Both the position numbers and the translations under genes were made by a program. Of a stretch of 64,000 nt of DNA, positions 1 through 36,600 are shown in pieces (position 1 is the first letter of the stretch; every line of letters starts with the position of its first letter). Source of the stretch: Amoebidium appalachense (lineage: Eukaryota > Protista > Ichthyosporea). The notes below the pieces were generated by a model that saw nothing but the letters and a program-made list of their open reading frames with translations, had not been told where the DNA came from and ran no database searches. The DNA is taken from NCBI GenBank assembly GCA_963693365.1, contig CAVNZM010000011.1:2644598-2708597 (forward strand), written 5' to 3'.

Positions 1-36
1 GGTTTGATGGTGTGTGTGTGTGTGTGTGTGGGGGGG

Positions 37-68
<32 letters not shown>

Positions 69-167
69 AGAGGGTATGTGGGATTTTTTGGGGTATGGGG
101 AATGGTGGGCTCTTGTTTTGCTTTCTTTCTTTTTCTTCTTCATCCTTCTTTTTCTTTTTTTTTTTTT

Positions 168-198
<31 letters not shown>

Positions 199-641
199 GG
201 GGGGAGAGGGTGGGGAGGAGGAGGGGGGGGGGGGGGGGGGGGAGAGGGGGGCTATCTTTCGGTTCTTGATTTGTGTGGGCATTATGTGTACCCTTGTGCA
301 TGTGCGTGTGCATGCAGATGCGTGTGCGCGTGTTGGGTGGACACGCAGTCCAAAGCATCAGTGCGCAAACACGTGTCTGTGTGCCTGTCTGTGTTTGTGC
401 ATGTGTGTGCGAGAATTGTAGAATGTTAAACACTTGATATCTATCATTTAATACTGTTTAAACTCTATATTCAAGGCGGATTCTTAGCTCCAGCCCCCCC
501 CCCCCCCCCCCCCCCCCCTCCCCCGCCTCTCCTTCTTCCATATTTTTGTTCTACGTCTACTCACCACCACATCTTCGTTTTTTTTCAACCACTTATTAGT
601 TTCCTCTCACTCTTTCCCTTTCCCTTTTTTCCCCTCTGCAG

Positions 642-10241
<9,600 letters not shown>

Positions 10242-11966
10242 TATAAACAATGATGTGATACAGTAAAGTTATAAACAGTTTGAGGTTGTAAAGTGGATTA
10301 CTTCATAGTATACTTACGTATTTGTAATACAATTAGTGGACATACGACTCACAGATTGAACTTGCTTGCAAGATGATTAGATGATGTATTAATCGTGCCC
10401 TCCCTTAAAGATCTGATGTCCAGATCAGTAATTAGAAGATTTATCGATTGTACGTTTACGCCCTTAGTTTTAGTGTTGTCGTCAGCCCGGTGTATGGAGA
10501 AATTGCGCTAAAAGACACATATGAATAAAATTGCAATGGCACGATCAAGTGTCGATCAACCCACTTCTTTCCGTAAGCTAGGCAATTCGTTTCCATCCCC
10601 CCCTCCCCCTCCCCCCCCCCTTTTCACTGCACATGTGTGGAGATAGAAGTTCCATGCAACCGAGCCTGGTTTCTCTCTACCGTGAATCTGTAATTACCCG
10701 TATTTTTTTCGATGCCATGCAGCATCCATCCCACCCAAGTTCAAACGATGCTGTTGTCTGACTCGTGATGAGATGCAATTGGGTGTCGATTCGTATCATG
10801 AATGAGGTTATAGGGGGTCAAATCTCAGATGCAATGGATGGAATTGGTACCCCCTGAGGATGAGTTCTGCTTGCTTATGTTGCATACTTGTGCAATGTCA
10901 TGATGCATATCTAAATTTTGCACACCTAAAAATGGGCCGTTGCATCACAGTGATGTGTCCGGACCATGCACCGTGAAAATCTCTCATCGTGTAGTTATAC
11001 TTGGTACCGTGTTCCTCCCCACCTGCCCCCCCCCCCCCCCCCCCCCCCCCTCCCTCCCCCTTCTGTATAATACTATTTACTACTTCATATATGTATCGTG
11101 TTCCATCCCCCCAGCTCCCGGCCCCCCCCTTAGATGTACTTCGTACCGTGTTTCGTTTCCAATGATACCTCCCCCCCTCCCCCCCCCCCGTGCCCCCTGC
11201 CCCCCCAACACACACACCATCACCACCCCCTTTTGGGCTGGATATCAGGATGAATCACAACTCATTTGTTCATTTAATAAATTGTCCCCCCCCCCAACCC
11301 CAAAAAAAAAAACCACCACCACCTGTTTGCCTGTATGTAGATACCCACCCAGCCAGCCCACGGCACACCCACACACCACCCCTCTTTAGGCTTGTTTTCC
11401 TGCAGGGTACTGCCGGTGATTGTCCACGTATCGACCAGTACATTTGTATTTGGCTGCCATTTGTTTGACTTGCCGAGCTGCAATCACCATATACCAGTTC
11501 CTTACACGGGGACATGTACACCCATTTCGGATGCACGTTGCTGACTTAAACTTCTCTCTCATATTTTAGAACTAAAGGAACCTGAACATGGCTAAGTGCA
11601 CGCCCACAGCACGCAGCAACGAAAAAAACAAAAACTTGCAAAAGGCAATGAAAATTGCTAGCTATCCTTGCACTGGGGTCTCAAAAATTAGTACATACGA
11701 AGGTCAATGGATATATAAATTATTATTTCATGAACTAAAAACCCAAATCGGGTATATATTTACAACTAGAAAAATAAGATGGCCACAGCCACTATACATT
11801 TGCGTTGCAACTCAAGGAACACTTGTAACACTTTGTCATATAGCAAAAGTAAAGGATAAAAGGGATTCAAGGGTATAATGTGCAAGGGGAGAAAAGACAA
11901 CAACCGAGCTTTGTAAATTACAGCGCCTTCTAGCCTAACACACCCCCCCTCCCAGTGAAAAGGGAA

Positions 11967-11999
<33 letters not shown>

Positions 12000-12119
12000 A
12001 ACAACAGGAAATTCCTGCCACAGACATACAGACACAGCAGACAAGCTCTTCCTAATAAAACCACCATCTAGACCCCAGTCATTGGTGCAAACAACTGAAG
12101 TTGGGTAACGGTGGTGTAT

Positions 12120-12170
12120 CACGTCGGTGTAGCAAAGCGGCTGTGCCTTTACTTTGCACACGTCATTGTG
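12120..12170 (-). promoter_or_regulatory. SECIS element (eukaryotic type II)
   Basis: Minus strand reads CACA-ATGAC-GTGTGCAAAGT-AAA-GGC-ACA-GCC-GCTTTGCTACAC-CGAC-GTG. It has AUGA and the GA quartet, an 11-bp helix II (one bulge, one GU pair), apical AAA, a GGC/GCC mini-stem and a short helix I (CAC/GTG). It lies downstream of a gene with an in-frame TGA. Confidence 0.88.
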
Positions 12171-13177
12171 GAATGCTTCTCCGCCGGTGCCGGATCTGTG
12201 TACAGGTCGCCATGTCGTATGTACCCTGTGTAAGGTGTATGGAGCACGGTGTGTGTGTATGTGTGTGTGTGTATGCATGCCTGTCTTTTTTGCTCTCCCG
12301 AAAAGGAGTTGGGGGGGGGGGGGGGGGGGGGGGGTTAGAATGCAGTGCGCAGTCCAAGGCATCCACGGCAGGAAAGGGGGGGAGGGGGCGGAGGGGGGAG
12401 AGAGGGAAGGGGGGGATTCGAAGCCCACTCGCAAATTACGAACAACCCCAAAGAACAATTTTTTATGTCCAATATTCTTGGTGGGAGTAAGTGTGGGGGA
12501 TAAGATGGATAAAAAAATGGGGATCGAAGTCAGAGCACAGTCCCCCTCCTCCCCCCCCATCCCCCTAAACAACAACCACCACCACGCGCACACACACAAA
12601 CACAACCCCCCCCCCCCCCCCCCTGCCCCCGCCGCCACCACACCATACAACCAGGCAGCATGGTGGCAGGTGTTACCCAATCAAAATTAGCCATTGCGTT
12701 ATGCACCATTTTTGGCAGGTGGCTAACCATAAATGGTTACAGTAGCCTGAAGTTTTGTCATCCTGCTGGCTAACAATTTAGGCTGCAGCGCTTCCTGCAG
12801 GACAATGATTTCTACAAAGCAAAATAATATTTTTAAAAAAGCTATAAATCTAAGTTTTACGACCAAAGAACGGTTTTTGAGGGGTCATAACATTGCTACA
12901 AACTCAGCCAGTCCAAAATGTCATTATGCTCACCCAGGCAGGCCGCAGGCAGACACGCTCCAAACCCACCGCCACCCTTACTACCACCACTTTGCACATG
13001 CCCTTTGTCTCACCACGCAACATACACAACCCACAACAGATCCACACACCCACCCATATCCCCGTAGGAACAGTACCTGCACACCCACACACACCCACAA
13101 ACACACACCCACATCTACACACACACCCACCCACACCCACACACACCCACACACGTACACACACACCTATAAATAGC

Positions 13178-14415
13178 TCAAGCACGTGCGGCCTTCACCA
13201 CGTGGGCCACTATCTTCTCCATCTTCGCATCTCGAGGCAGGCCCTGGCCGGCCCTTCTGCTGTGGACCAACGTATCATTGACATAGACTTCGAAGTAGTT
13301 CTCCCCATACGGTCCAGGCTGGAAAACATGGGTTGGTGAGAAAAACTTGTAACCACAGCGAGGAAAAAGGGCGAAGAGGGGGGGGAGGGGGGGGGGGGGG
13401 GGTTAGGGGTTAGATTGCGATGAACAGTGTAAGATCACATTCATCACCGACAACACCATACAGTTTCAAACATAAAAATATGCGGTATAAGCGGAGCCCG
13501 AAAGCCCGCCGGGGGGGGGGGGGGGTTTAGAAGCACGGCCCCTTTCGGGTGGTGTCCAACGTCGTTGGTATTGACTATGGTGGTGGAGAAAAGGTAAGGG
13601 CGGTTCCAAATTAGGGGAATATGAGTGCTTGGGCACGCATCATAGACTTCTTTTTCTTTGCGTTTTGGTTTGCAGATGTGCTGTGCTTCTAAAATTGCCA
13701 TTTTGGTAATTTCTCTGCACCAGCAGTTAATGCAAATTCGAAAAGAGGTGCAAGAACATTACCCTATACATGGAAAAGGCTCGTTCTATAATGTAAAGGG
13801 ACAAGTTACCCGCTTATATGTTCAGTTGCAACCGGCAGCCAAATATGACGAGCCCATGGAACCATGGGCGAGGACACAATCGCAGTGGCACGCACCACAA
13901 TCAAATTAATTCATTAGTATCTTGCCCCACAGTCTGTGCCTCCGGTATTCATGGCTTCACAATTCTCAAAGCAGTTCAAAACCACAGGAGAAATAATAAT
14001 ACCTGCCTTCCATGCAGATTATTTAGCAATAGATAAGTCGGCGGAAAGTGAATCAGTAGGAGGTGGTTTGGGATCCTAAGGGATCACAAAAATCCGACTG
14101 TCAAATCTTTGCTCTTCCCCTTCCCCTTCCTTCCTCACTACCTGGAAAACCCCGAATCGGTTCCTTAAAGCGCCACCCACACCTTTGCCTTCCCATTTGA
14201 ATCACCTAAACTAGCGAAAAACCAGCACTCACCTTAGCCCCGATGTACACAAGCTTCTTGTAGTCCTCTCCCAACTCCTTCTTCAGACCCTTTTTGAGGC
14301 TCGTCAGAAACCAGTGCACCTTTGGGCCCACACCCCCGCCTCAGCAGCCTTCATCTTCGTGTATGAGCACAACTTGAACCTTGGCATCCTTGGCTGAAGA
14401 CGCACCGGCACCCAT
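13178..14415 (-). CDS. Selenoprotein of the SelW/Rdx (thioredoxin-like) family, ~107 aa, Sec25, predicted N-myristoylated
   Basis: Exon 1 14415-14233: MGAGASSAKDAKVQVVLIHEDEGC[TGA 14343-14341]GGGVGPKVHWFLTSLKKGLKKELGEDYKKLVYIGAK|GTGAGT. Exon 2 13318-13178 after TTTTCCAG: PGPYGENYFEVYVNDTLVHSRRAGQGLPRDAKMEKIVAHVVKAARA*. FEV-x-V-x3-LVHS-x3-GxG matches the SelW/Rdx C-terminal signature. SECIS at 12120-12170. Confidence 0.88.
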
Positions 14416-14575
14416 GTTTCAGGTGAGTTGGCAGGCGGGCCTAGCAATCAGATGATGGGTAACAGGAACAGAGATTTGGCCGAGCACAGTTTCGTATTGT
14501 GAAACGATCATATAAAACAAAGAACGCTTGAGAGTGTCTATGTGTATGCAGGTGTATATATGAGGTCATACATAT

Positions 14576-15065
14576 TGGACCTGTTCGAACGGCCAGGTCT
14601 GGGTCCAGATGTATAATGATTGCCCGAATAGGACCAAAAACCGGCCGGCGGCAGGCTGAATGCGTGAGCCACGTCAGGCGGCGGTAGCAGCTGGACGTGT
14701 AGTACTACCGGCGTTTATAGAATCATTATTTAAGGTAATTGACTGGGATCACAGATCGATCGACCAATCAGCTGTACCCAGACCGCATTCCTGCGATGGG
14801 ACAACAGGCTGAAAACCGATGCATCGTTTTAAAATTTTTTTCTTTTGACTGGATTTATTCAACGGAAAGATATGCAAGTATGCACGGCATACGGAGAAGA
14901 CAATAAAAATTCCTGCAGCCTGTCATCCAGGTTCCGGACATTGGAATGCGGATTCTGGACTTCCAGGCCTACCTAATCCAACAGATCGTTGGTCTGATAC
15001 GAGGAATTTGGCTTGCATTCCATCACCCGCTGCCAGACCTGGACCTGGCCGTTCGAACAGGTCCA
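14576..15065. repeat. ~30-bp inverted repeat pair 490 bp apart (possible MITE) in the divergent promoter region
   Basis: tggacctgttcgaacggccaggtctgggtc (14576-14605) is the reverse complement of gacctggacctggccgttcgaacaggtcca (15036-15065) with 2 mismatches. No clear TSD. Confidence 0.6.
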
Positions 15066-15526
15066 CTTTGAGGGCCACCCAGAACCGTGGCTTTTGTTGT
15101 CGCACGGCCAAGAGGCTGTGCCCCTTCCACTACAACTTGTTGATATGGATGCAGTATAAGCCAATCAAAAGCAATGTGCTTACGCAAGGCTACACAGGGT
15201 GAAGAAACTGAACGAATTCGGCTGGAGGGCCGAGGCTGAATCATAATTATAGGAACAGGACTATGTTCATATAGAACTTTGCTGCACACTGCACTCAGGC
15301 GTTGTTCCGACTACGGCCGTTCGCAATAGCACACACGATGTTACAGTCTTCTTTTACATCTCCATCTAAAAAGCTCCGTCCGAATTTCTTTTTCTTCGAG
15401 GTCAGGTTGCAGACAAAATCACGAGCAAGCATGTTCTTTAAGCTCCTTAAAGTACTCGCGTAAGTTTTCCTCCATGTTTGCAAGATACGAGCCAAAAAGC
15501 ACTGTGGATCACCCACCTACTTCAAC

Positions 15527-30142
<14,616 letters not shown>

Positions 30143-32864
30143 TTTTGGACCAATCAGTATTCGTAGTGAGATTACGGCAACACGGTTACCATCTTTTGGT
30201 GGGTGTCGACGAGACATAGTTTTTATTTATTGGCTTACTCACTTGCTTGATAGGTATTCCCCCCCCCCCCCCCCCCCCCCCCCCCCCGAACGTGTGGTGC
30301 CCGTTTTGTGAACTAGAGATCATGGGAATACGTATATTGGGCGTGCTACCGGCAGGTGTGGAAGCCTATATGATAAATGTTTAGATTAGTGTATATAGCT
30401 GCTAACAAAATTAATAATTGAAAGAATGTGCATTATTCTCAGTGACAACATGCCCTCTGTTGACATTGCCGTTGTAGTTTCACACCAATATTGATACCTA
30501 TATGGTGCCAAGTAAAATGTGAATGAAGTCGTTAAGTCTCTGCTATTTGGTAACTGTGCTTTGTGCTACTAAAACTCGGTGGTATAACAGAAGCATATTA
30601 CAGCACTTTACAATATTTAAATAAGCTGAATATTGGACGTTCTAGCTTTGGTGTTCACACCCAAGCTATACCATAAAAAAGCTTGGGTGCTTGGGTTACC
30701 GTATTCAAATTGAATAGAAAAACTCCGGTATTCATAAGCTTTGAATCGAAACATGTCAAGTGTACGCCTTACGAACGTGTCCCCTGCATCAGGGTTCTAT
30801 CTGCATAGTAAATAAATACATAGACCCGGTGCGTTGGGTTTATCGGTACTGTTTCCGCTCTGCTGCCTTATTTGATCCCATCGTGTCTGCATATAGTAAT
30901 TCGTTCTGTGTAATACATCGTCCCTGGAGAGGTGGGCAAAATTCCTCGATTAGATCGGCTGGCCGCCGACTAAGTAAAGTATACCAGATACTACGTACAC
31001 TGTCACACGTGACGCGTAAAGAAAAACAGCAGGAAGCTTGCAAACCAGCTTGAAATAACATATAAAAAATATGTTCATAACGAAAATAGGCTTGAGGTAT
31101 CTGGCTATGCGTTTCTTTTTTTTTTTTTCTTTTCTTTTTCTGTTCTCCAAGCTAATCACTTGGGCCTCAAATGCTCTTCTTTTGATATAGCTTCACTTCA
31201 ACATGAAAAAAAAAAAGGCGCCGTAAGCCCCAGCCCAGGAACGTTCAGCAGGAATACCCCTTTCTACAGGTATTGGTTGGATATGCAATTTTTAATGCAC
31301 CAATGAAAACCCAGCACTTGCCTATAGCCCTTCACTTAAGCTGGCTCCAGGATAGCAGCCTGTTTTGGTTGCGTGTTGCCGGGACAGATCACGACACCGT
31401 GTCGGTTGGGACTGATTTAGGGTTTCTCGATTTTGGAATTCCCAATTCGCCGCGGCCAATCAACAGCCATCCATACGTATGTAGTTGTCAACGCCAACGT
31501 ACAACCAACAACTGTGTTGTTTCAACTGTACACATACAAGCTTTTACGCCCGCAACGCATAGTACGCTAAGTATAATGCCGTGCACACACATAAACCGAG
31601 CCATTAGATAGGAATACTGTAATGTTTTTATAATGAATTTATGATAAATAGCCATGCCAAAAAAAAAAAAGCGGGTCCTGAAAGGGGCAGCGTTACGAAA
31701 CAAGGAAAAATATGATAAAGAGAAAGCTGAGCAACAAGAACGAGAGCAAAGGAGAATAGACTCTGATCATGAGGATCAAAATGAGCCTGCCCCCCAACCT
31801 AAGAAGATAAAGCTAAGAAGATCGCACAAAAGAATAACAGAAGAATGGTTTCCTCCCGCTAGTGTCCTTCCTAAAGCAAAACCGGTCGTTTTCTCCGACC
31901 TGAACGCAGATGACAGTGGCGAGGAGTCTGCTGGGGAAGGAAACAACAATGATCCTGACGCCTTAGCGGACCCTGAAAACGAAGCACCGAAACGTAAACT
32001 TTACAACAAGGAATTTGATTTTAAGATTGAATTTTGGGACGGGTTTTCTGAACACAAAATCTTCACTACGAAACAAGGAGAGAAAACTCACTTCGCCTGC
32101 AACCTGTGTGGGAAGGCAATCCCACATCAACATGGCTGAACAGGCTCAATCACCCCGTCACGTGGGGAATGTCAAACAACGCGTTGAGTACACGACTGGA
32201 CGAACTCGAAGTATGCGCGGCTATGATCAGTGGTGAGTTACCCACCTACCGCACTCCCATTCTCGTCTTTTGCTCCCGCCTTATTTTGCGCATGATAGGC
32301 AAACATGAAGCCGCCAACTTGTTTGCTGCCCTCGCTGGTACGAAAACGGCGACGGAGCACGTCAACTGTATTATTAACAACGTAAAGGAATTCGAGAAAA
32401 GCGAGGCGAACGTGTTGCGTTCACTGGATCACATGTACGCCCACCAGCAGCTTTCAGCCCGCGGTCACATGGCGAAAGACTCGGCTTCGACCACGTTTTA
32501 TGTGCGTGACGACAGTGCTCGGGGCGTGCAGGTGCACAAGTACACGATACCCACGTCTATGGAGAGAAAGTCCATACCTCTGCCACGTTATTCCACTGTG
32601 AAGGAAATGAACGCGTACATTGAGAAGGAAACACCAGCCCGCAAATGGTTTCGGCACATTCCAGACGACGTGCTTAGTGATCCGGAGGAACCGGAGGCGC
32701 CCGCGGCGCACGGCTTCTATACCGAGCTCGAGGAGTATATCAAGATAGCGGCCTTTGTAGTCATGACCGAGGCACAGCTAAAGAAACACGGAAAGTGGGT
32801 GTGGCTTGGACATGGTTACTCTGCGGATAAAATCGAGCGGCACGAGCCCGATGACTTTGGCATC

Positions 32865-33641
32865 TGTAAAGTATCCTCACGGACACTTCAGTGTAAAATG
32901 TATGTGTATGAGTGTAAACGGGGTTCACTCTGAACTGGATTTCAGAGGATCGATGCGTGCGTTTATATACGGATGGTCGACCCGGACAAGATTACTTGAC
33001 CAATTACACAACTCCCTAGCCGACCAATCATATTACAGATTAGTACAGGGCTAGTAATTACTGTGTGTGACTACTTGGTCTCTTGCCGGTTCTAACACTC
33101 ATATATAATCTTTACTGCTGCATGACTTATGACTTACACAGCCCCGAAATATACTCCAAATAAACAGGTACCAGTACTTTTCCTGTTTATGACTTTGGTT
33201 ACCAGTTACCTTTCGGAGTGCTGTCTCTCTCACATGTGTAACTGCAGGTTTACAACGACCACTCATTGCAGCTGGACTTTACCGGGATGCCCTCAACATG
33301 ACTGGTCGAATATGAGACTCCCCAATCACTCACAACCTGCTTGTTAGTTATTCGTTCTCTATGGCCGCAGCATTTACGTGTTCCAATCAACACAGAAGAG
33401 GCCATAAGTGTCCACTCACGCGAGTCTCACTGTAGTTCGTTTCCAAGTAACCGAACATATGTAATTGTATTTGATCATCCGATTGGAAAAGCAGATATAA
33501 CATTTATGATTGGCTCATTCATCAGCAAACGCCGACATCTGACTGGATGAGCCGGCACCGACGAATTGTAAATAAAGCAAATAGATCTGAATAGATCTGA
33601 ATCGATCGATTGACACGAATGCTCGCCGCGGAGACATAACA
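32865..33641 (-). repeat. 3' LTR of the Gypsy element
   Basis: tgtaaagtatcc...gagacataaca; direct repeat of 39938-40714. Confidence 0.96.
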
Positions 33642-33689
33642 ATCCCCCCTCAGCAGGAAATCTGAGCTCCGACGAAGAAGAGACAAAGT

Positions 33690-36600
33690 TTAACACATCG
33701 AATCAAGTTTCTTTTCCCGCCGTGGGAACAGAACATCGCGCAACTGCCGTCGTCGTAAAAGACGAGCCGTGCGTGCATCTGTAGCATTTGGTGTCGAGTT
33801 AACACTCACCGACTGAGTGACGTCGACCTGTTTGTCTACCCGTGGTGTTTTTGGATTTCTAGGAACAACAACCTTAGGATGAGAAGGTTGTCTAACTACC
33901 CGACGTTCGTATGCTTGGATTAACTCTGGGCACCATAATAAAGACTCTGGACGCCACTGATTGAAAGCCGTGTCGTAGCCTGCAAATTTGACTCGATAAT
34001 AAGTGGTTGCATGGCCGTTGACTGTAACTACTTTCTTATCCAAAATTTTCTCTACCGTGGTGTCCATGCCACCTAACTCTGGAATACCGTTATGCTGGGT
34101 GTTAGGACACTGAGAAAACGTCGAAAGAGCACGGAAGGCAAATTCGTGGTAAGCCTTAATGTCGTCGACGTTATACTGGCGAATATCGTGCTCATTCACC
34201 GTATGCCGGAGTTTGTATTCAGTACTACCTATCCGGGCTAACACTATATATGGACCCAAGAACCGTGGTCTCCATTTCTTCACGGGGCCACCCTTAGCAC
34301 GGGTGAAATTCCTAACCAACACCTTACTGCCCACTTTAAAAGTACGGAGAGGAATGTTAGTGTTAGTGCTGTTAGTAAGAGATTCATGTGCTTGCTCTGT
34401 ACGTTGCCGTGCCACTTCACGGGCATGCAAAACTCGAGCCAACACCTCCTCCCTATACTTAGTCCACTCTTCCATACGGAGAGGACCAGAGAAGGCAGGA
34501 AGCATACTCACATCTAAGAACTCGGTACACTCCTGACCATGCACAAGAAAATACGGAGAAAAACCAGTGATAGCATTAGGTGTGGTACGATAAGCGTGCA
34601 CCACAAAAGGAAGTACACTATCCCAGTCAGCGTGCTCCATATCCACATATTTTGCTAAACACGATTGAAACACTGCATGTGCACGTTCAGCAACGCCATT
34701 TGCTTGAGGGTGGTAAGCAGACGTATGCAACAATGACACACCCAACAGTTTACACACCTCACTCATTATTTCAGACAAAAATGAGCTACCCCTATCACTT
34801 AACACAGAACGGGGGGGGCCAAAACGAAGACAAACATGATGCAAAAACACACGTGCCAACGTCACTGCATCACTTGAACGAATAGGGACAGTTTCAGTCC
34901 AACGTGTAGCTAAATCAGTGAGAGTAACAATATAATGATTACCCTGCACTGTTTCGGGGAAAGGCCCCATCACATCCATAGCTACCCGTTCAAAAGCCTT
35001 AATAAAAGTACCATGATACTGGGGGACCCGACTTCGCATGTGTGTGGATTGATTGTGAAATGCACATGCATGACATCCCAACACCTTTCTCTCCACATCC
35101 TTACTCATGCCAGGCCAATAATAATTCACTTGCACACGTTGATATGTACGGGACACACCTAAATGACCCGCCCACGGAGCATCATGCATGTGTTCAAGCA
35201 CCATATCAACCAAACGAGGGGGAACCCACAAACGTTGACCTTGTGGCCCACTTAAATGATAAAGAACACCATCTTGCAACACACATTGGAGAGCACACCT
35301 TTTTGTACGATTTTCCCATGTCCGACGTTGGCCTTTGGTGGGTTTATCCACCGAAAAAACCATATCCCCTGGACGTTGCTCCACTTGACATATCACGTCG
35401 TGCAAAAACCTGTCACTGCGTTGTGACGACACCACCTGTTCCTGAAAAACAGGTGTAGAAAACTGGGAAGGAGAGGTGAACGAATTCGGGGTCCCACCGT
35501 GTACCGGGGCCCCTACCTTCACCATACTATCCTTAAGAGAGGAGATGTCTACTTCAGCAGCCCACACATGCTGATTTGACACGTTGATTGAATCTACTTC
35601 AACATTTACTCCATCAAAAGGGTGTGTTTGGGTGAATTTATCATACTCGATGTATGCATTTCTACTGAGTGCATCACAATCTTTCATACTTTCACCTTTT
35701 GCATAAAAAGCCTTGTAATCAAACGAAGCTAACTCTGCAGCCCACCGTTGCATGCGTTCGTTGGTTAGCTTAGTAAGACCTTTCATGGCTAAAGTAGGTT
35801 TGTGATCAGAATACACCTCAAACGTCCTACCTACCAAAATATGTCTCCACTCTTTGGTAATGAAATGATAGATAGCATGACTTTCCCGTTCTGGATTACT
35901 GTAACGTCGTTCCGTGGGGGAAAATACTCGACTGCCATATGCAACTACTCTATCTACTTTATCCTGTTCTTGATACAGTATGCCACCCTCACTGACTAAA
36001 CTGGCATCTACCCGAACTCGGAAAATACCTTGTGTGGGGGGGAAATCGGGGTGAACGAGAACATTATCACTTACCAATACTTCTTTTAACCGTTCAAAAG
36101 CTTCTAAAGCTTCAGAGTCCCACAACACGGGGGCTTTTCTGTCACCACCTGTCTGCTTAGTAAGAGGGTGAGCAATTTCGGCATACCTCCGTATAAAACG
36201 ACGGAGGTAATTGGTTAGTCCTAGAAACTGCCTGAGCTGAGTGACCGTTTTAGGGTGAGGCCATTCTGTAATAGCCTTGATTTTACTAGGATCAGGAATA
36301 ACACCATCCTTCGTGATCCTATGACCCAGGAATTTAACATCTTGCACCCCCACTATGGTCTTTTTACCACTCACTTTCATACCAGCAGCTTCCAACACAG
36401 AGAACACTTTTTCACAATTAGAAACTAATTCTTCAAACGTTCTCCCTTTGACACATGCGTCATCCATATAACACGCCGTATACGATAAACACGGACGCAA
36501 GATATCGCGCATAATACGACACAAATTTGCAGGTGCATGCACAAGACCTTGGGGCATCACAGTAAACTGCCACAACTCACCATCGAATGCAAAAGCAGTC

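Noticed and set aside
13398-13414. ggttaggggttag telomere-like motif
   Set aside because: Only two imperfect units at the end of an intronic G-run.
30150-31650. Left terminal inverted repeat of the Transib-like element
   Set aside because: The right end is missing from the window, so no TIR or TSD could be paired.
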